A DNA stretch of 64,000 bases from the NCBI GenBank assembly GCA_963762255.1, contig CAVXKA010000003.1, forward strand, positions 320,001 to 384,000, read 5' to 3'. Positions 62,937 through 64,000 of the stretch are shown piece by piece; position 1 is the first letter of the stretch; the number at the start of each line of letters is the position of its first letter. Under the pieces are notes generated by a model. It was not told where the DNA came from, did not search any database, and was given only the letters and a program-made list of their open reading frames with translations. The DNA comes from Candidatus Eiseniibacteriota bacterium. Its GTDB lineage: Bacteria; Eisenbacteria; RBG-16-71-46; JABDJR01. The position numbers and the translations under genes were made by a program.

Positions 62937-63418
62937 CACCCCTCCCGCCCGGGGGCGCCGTTGCCGGGGGCCAGAAGCTCCGGTTCGTCGACGCGCGGCC
63001 CCACGCAACTCAAGTGATCCAGGGGATGCGCGGGGACGTAGCACCTCCCGCACCGGTCGCAGACCGCCATGAACAGCCGTTGCTCGATGAAGAGATCGCG
63101 CCGGTCGGACGTGCCCAGCTCCCAGTCCGCAACAAGTCGCACCGCGCCGTACGCGCAGGCGTCTTCGCAGCGGCCGCAGTGCAGACAACGGTCGAGGTAG
63201 CGGCGGATCACCCGGGTGACGGCGTCGATGTCGGTGATCCGGATGCAGCGCGAGGCGCAGACATCGGCGCAGCCGCCGCACCCGACGCACTTCTCGGTGT
63301 CGACCGTCACACGCCCGCGAAACTCCGGCGCAGGCGCGAGCGGGGCCAGGGGATAGCCCACCGTCGCCCGCGGGTTGCGCAGGCCGAAGGCCAGTTGCTT
63401 GAGCTTCGATCCGATCAC
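62936..63418 (-). CDS. NuoI/HycF-like 2[4Fe-4S] ferredoxin subunit
   Basis: TVGYP, FRGR, CVGCGGCADVC, CLHCGRCEDAC, extra CDRC; GGGAGG RBS and GTG start. Confidence 0.85.
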   Translation of the reverse strand: MIGSKLKQLAFGLRNPRATVGYPLAPLAPAPEFRGRVTVDTEKCVGCGGCADVCASRCIRITDIDAVTRVIRRYLDRCLHCGRCEDACAYGAVRLVADWELGTSDRRDLFIEQRLFMAVCDRCGRCYVPAHPLDHLSCVGPRVDEPELLAPGNGAPGREG

Positions 63419-63428
63419 GACCGCCTCC

Positions 63429-64000
63429 CTACGACCCGATGAGCGCGAACACCACTGCGAAGAGCATGAGGAGTCCGACTTGCAGGAGGAAAACCCGAAC
63501 ATGGTCGACGCGCAGCCGCGCCACGAGGGCACTTAGGACCGACGACGCGGCGAAGAGCACGAAGACCTTGAGCGCGGTGACCGGCACCCCGAGGAGCGGA
63601 GTGAGCGAGGTCGGCACGAACAGCTCGGCGATCAGCCACGCCACCACCACCCAGCGCACGAACAGCGCCCAGCGAAACAGGGCGAGCCGCCTCCCCCCGA
63701 ATTCGATGAGCGATCCACCCATGAGTTCCTGCTCCGCCTCGGTGATGTCGAACGGGATCCGCCCCATGTACGCGAGCAAGGCGAGCAACACCCCCACCCC
63801 GGCCAGCACCACCGACACGCTCAGGCCGTGCGATGCCTGCCAGACCACGATCTCGTCGAGACGGAAGGTGCCCGCGCGCAGGGCGAGCACGAAGAGCGCG
63901 CAAGCCACCACCGGCTCCACGAAGAGGAGGAGGAGCATTTCGCGGCTCAGGCCGAGGAAACTGAACGGGCTTCCGGTGGCGCTCCCCCCCAGAACCAGCG
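63429..64000 (-). CDS. NuoH/HyfC-like membrane subunit (5' truncated by window)
   Basis: GSPFSFLGLSRE, GRIPFDITEAEQEL, ARLR. Confidence 0.82.
   Translation of the reverse strand, partial: LVLGGSATGSPFSFLGLSREMLLLLFVEPVVACALFVLALRAGTFRLDEIVVWQASHGLSVSVVLAGVGVLLALLAYMGRIPFDITEAEQELMGGSLIEFGGRRLALFRWALFVRWVVVAWLIAELFVPTSLTPLLGVPVTALKVFVLFAASSVLSALVARLRVDHVRVFLLQVGLLMLFAVVFALIGS

Overview
High-GC bacterial chromosome segment. A FlgD-Ig/T9SS-like C-terminal domain suggests the FCB superphylum, possibly a Ca. Eisenbacteria-like lineage (inference). Left to right: 3' end of thrC; a minus-strand operon for alternative complex III (actABCDEF) plus SCO and an A2-type caa3 oxidase, running into cinA and preceded by a Rex/CRP-type palindrome; a housekeeping block (pgpA, recR, ybaB, dnaX, large Alu-type SRP RNA, tRNA-Ala/Ser/Ser, tadA, tRNA-Arg); a ~21.7-kb minus-strand operon encoding hemerythrin, a 2-oxoacid:ferredoxin oxidoreductase alpha/beta pair, one intact giant PFOR, two catalytically degenerate PFOR paralogues, Rnf, a cryptic CxxC/His-rich small protein and ApbE; a secreted GH57-like enzyme; a DUF4153 protein; two more tRNA-Ser genes with hairpin-containing tRNA-3'-end repeats; a plus-strand catabolic operon (GNAT-like protein, Cys-less thiolase + DUF35, Mo-hydroxylase, FdrA/YlbE/YlbF, cyclase) of unknown substrate; and the distal part of a group-4 hydrogenase/Ehr-type complex. 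The three best leads are the uncharacterised catabolic operon, the PFOR pseudo-enzyme/Rnf module and the covarying tRNA-Ser-linked hairpin family. Three single-G frameshifts look like sequencing errors. All calls come from motif recognition by eye; no database searches were run.
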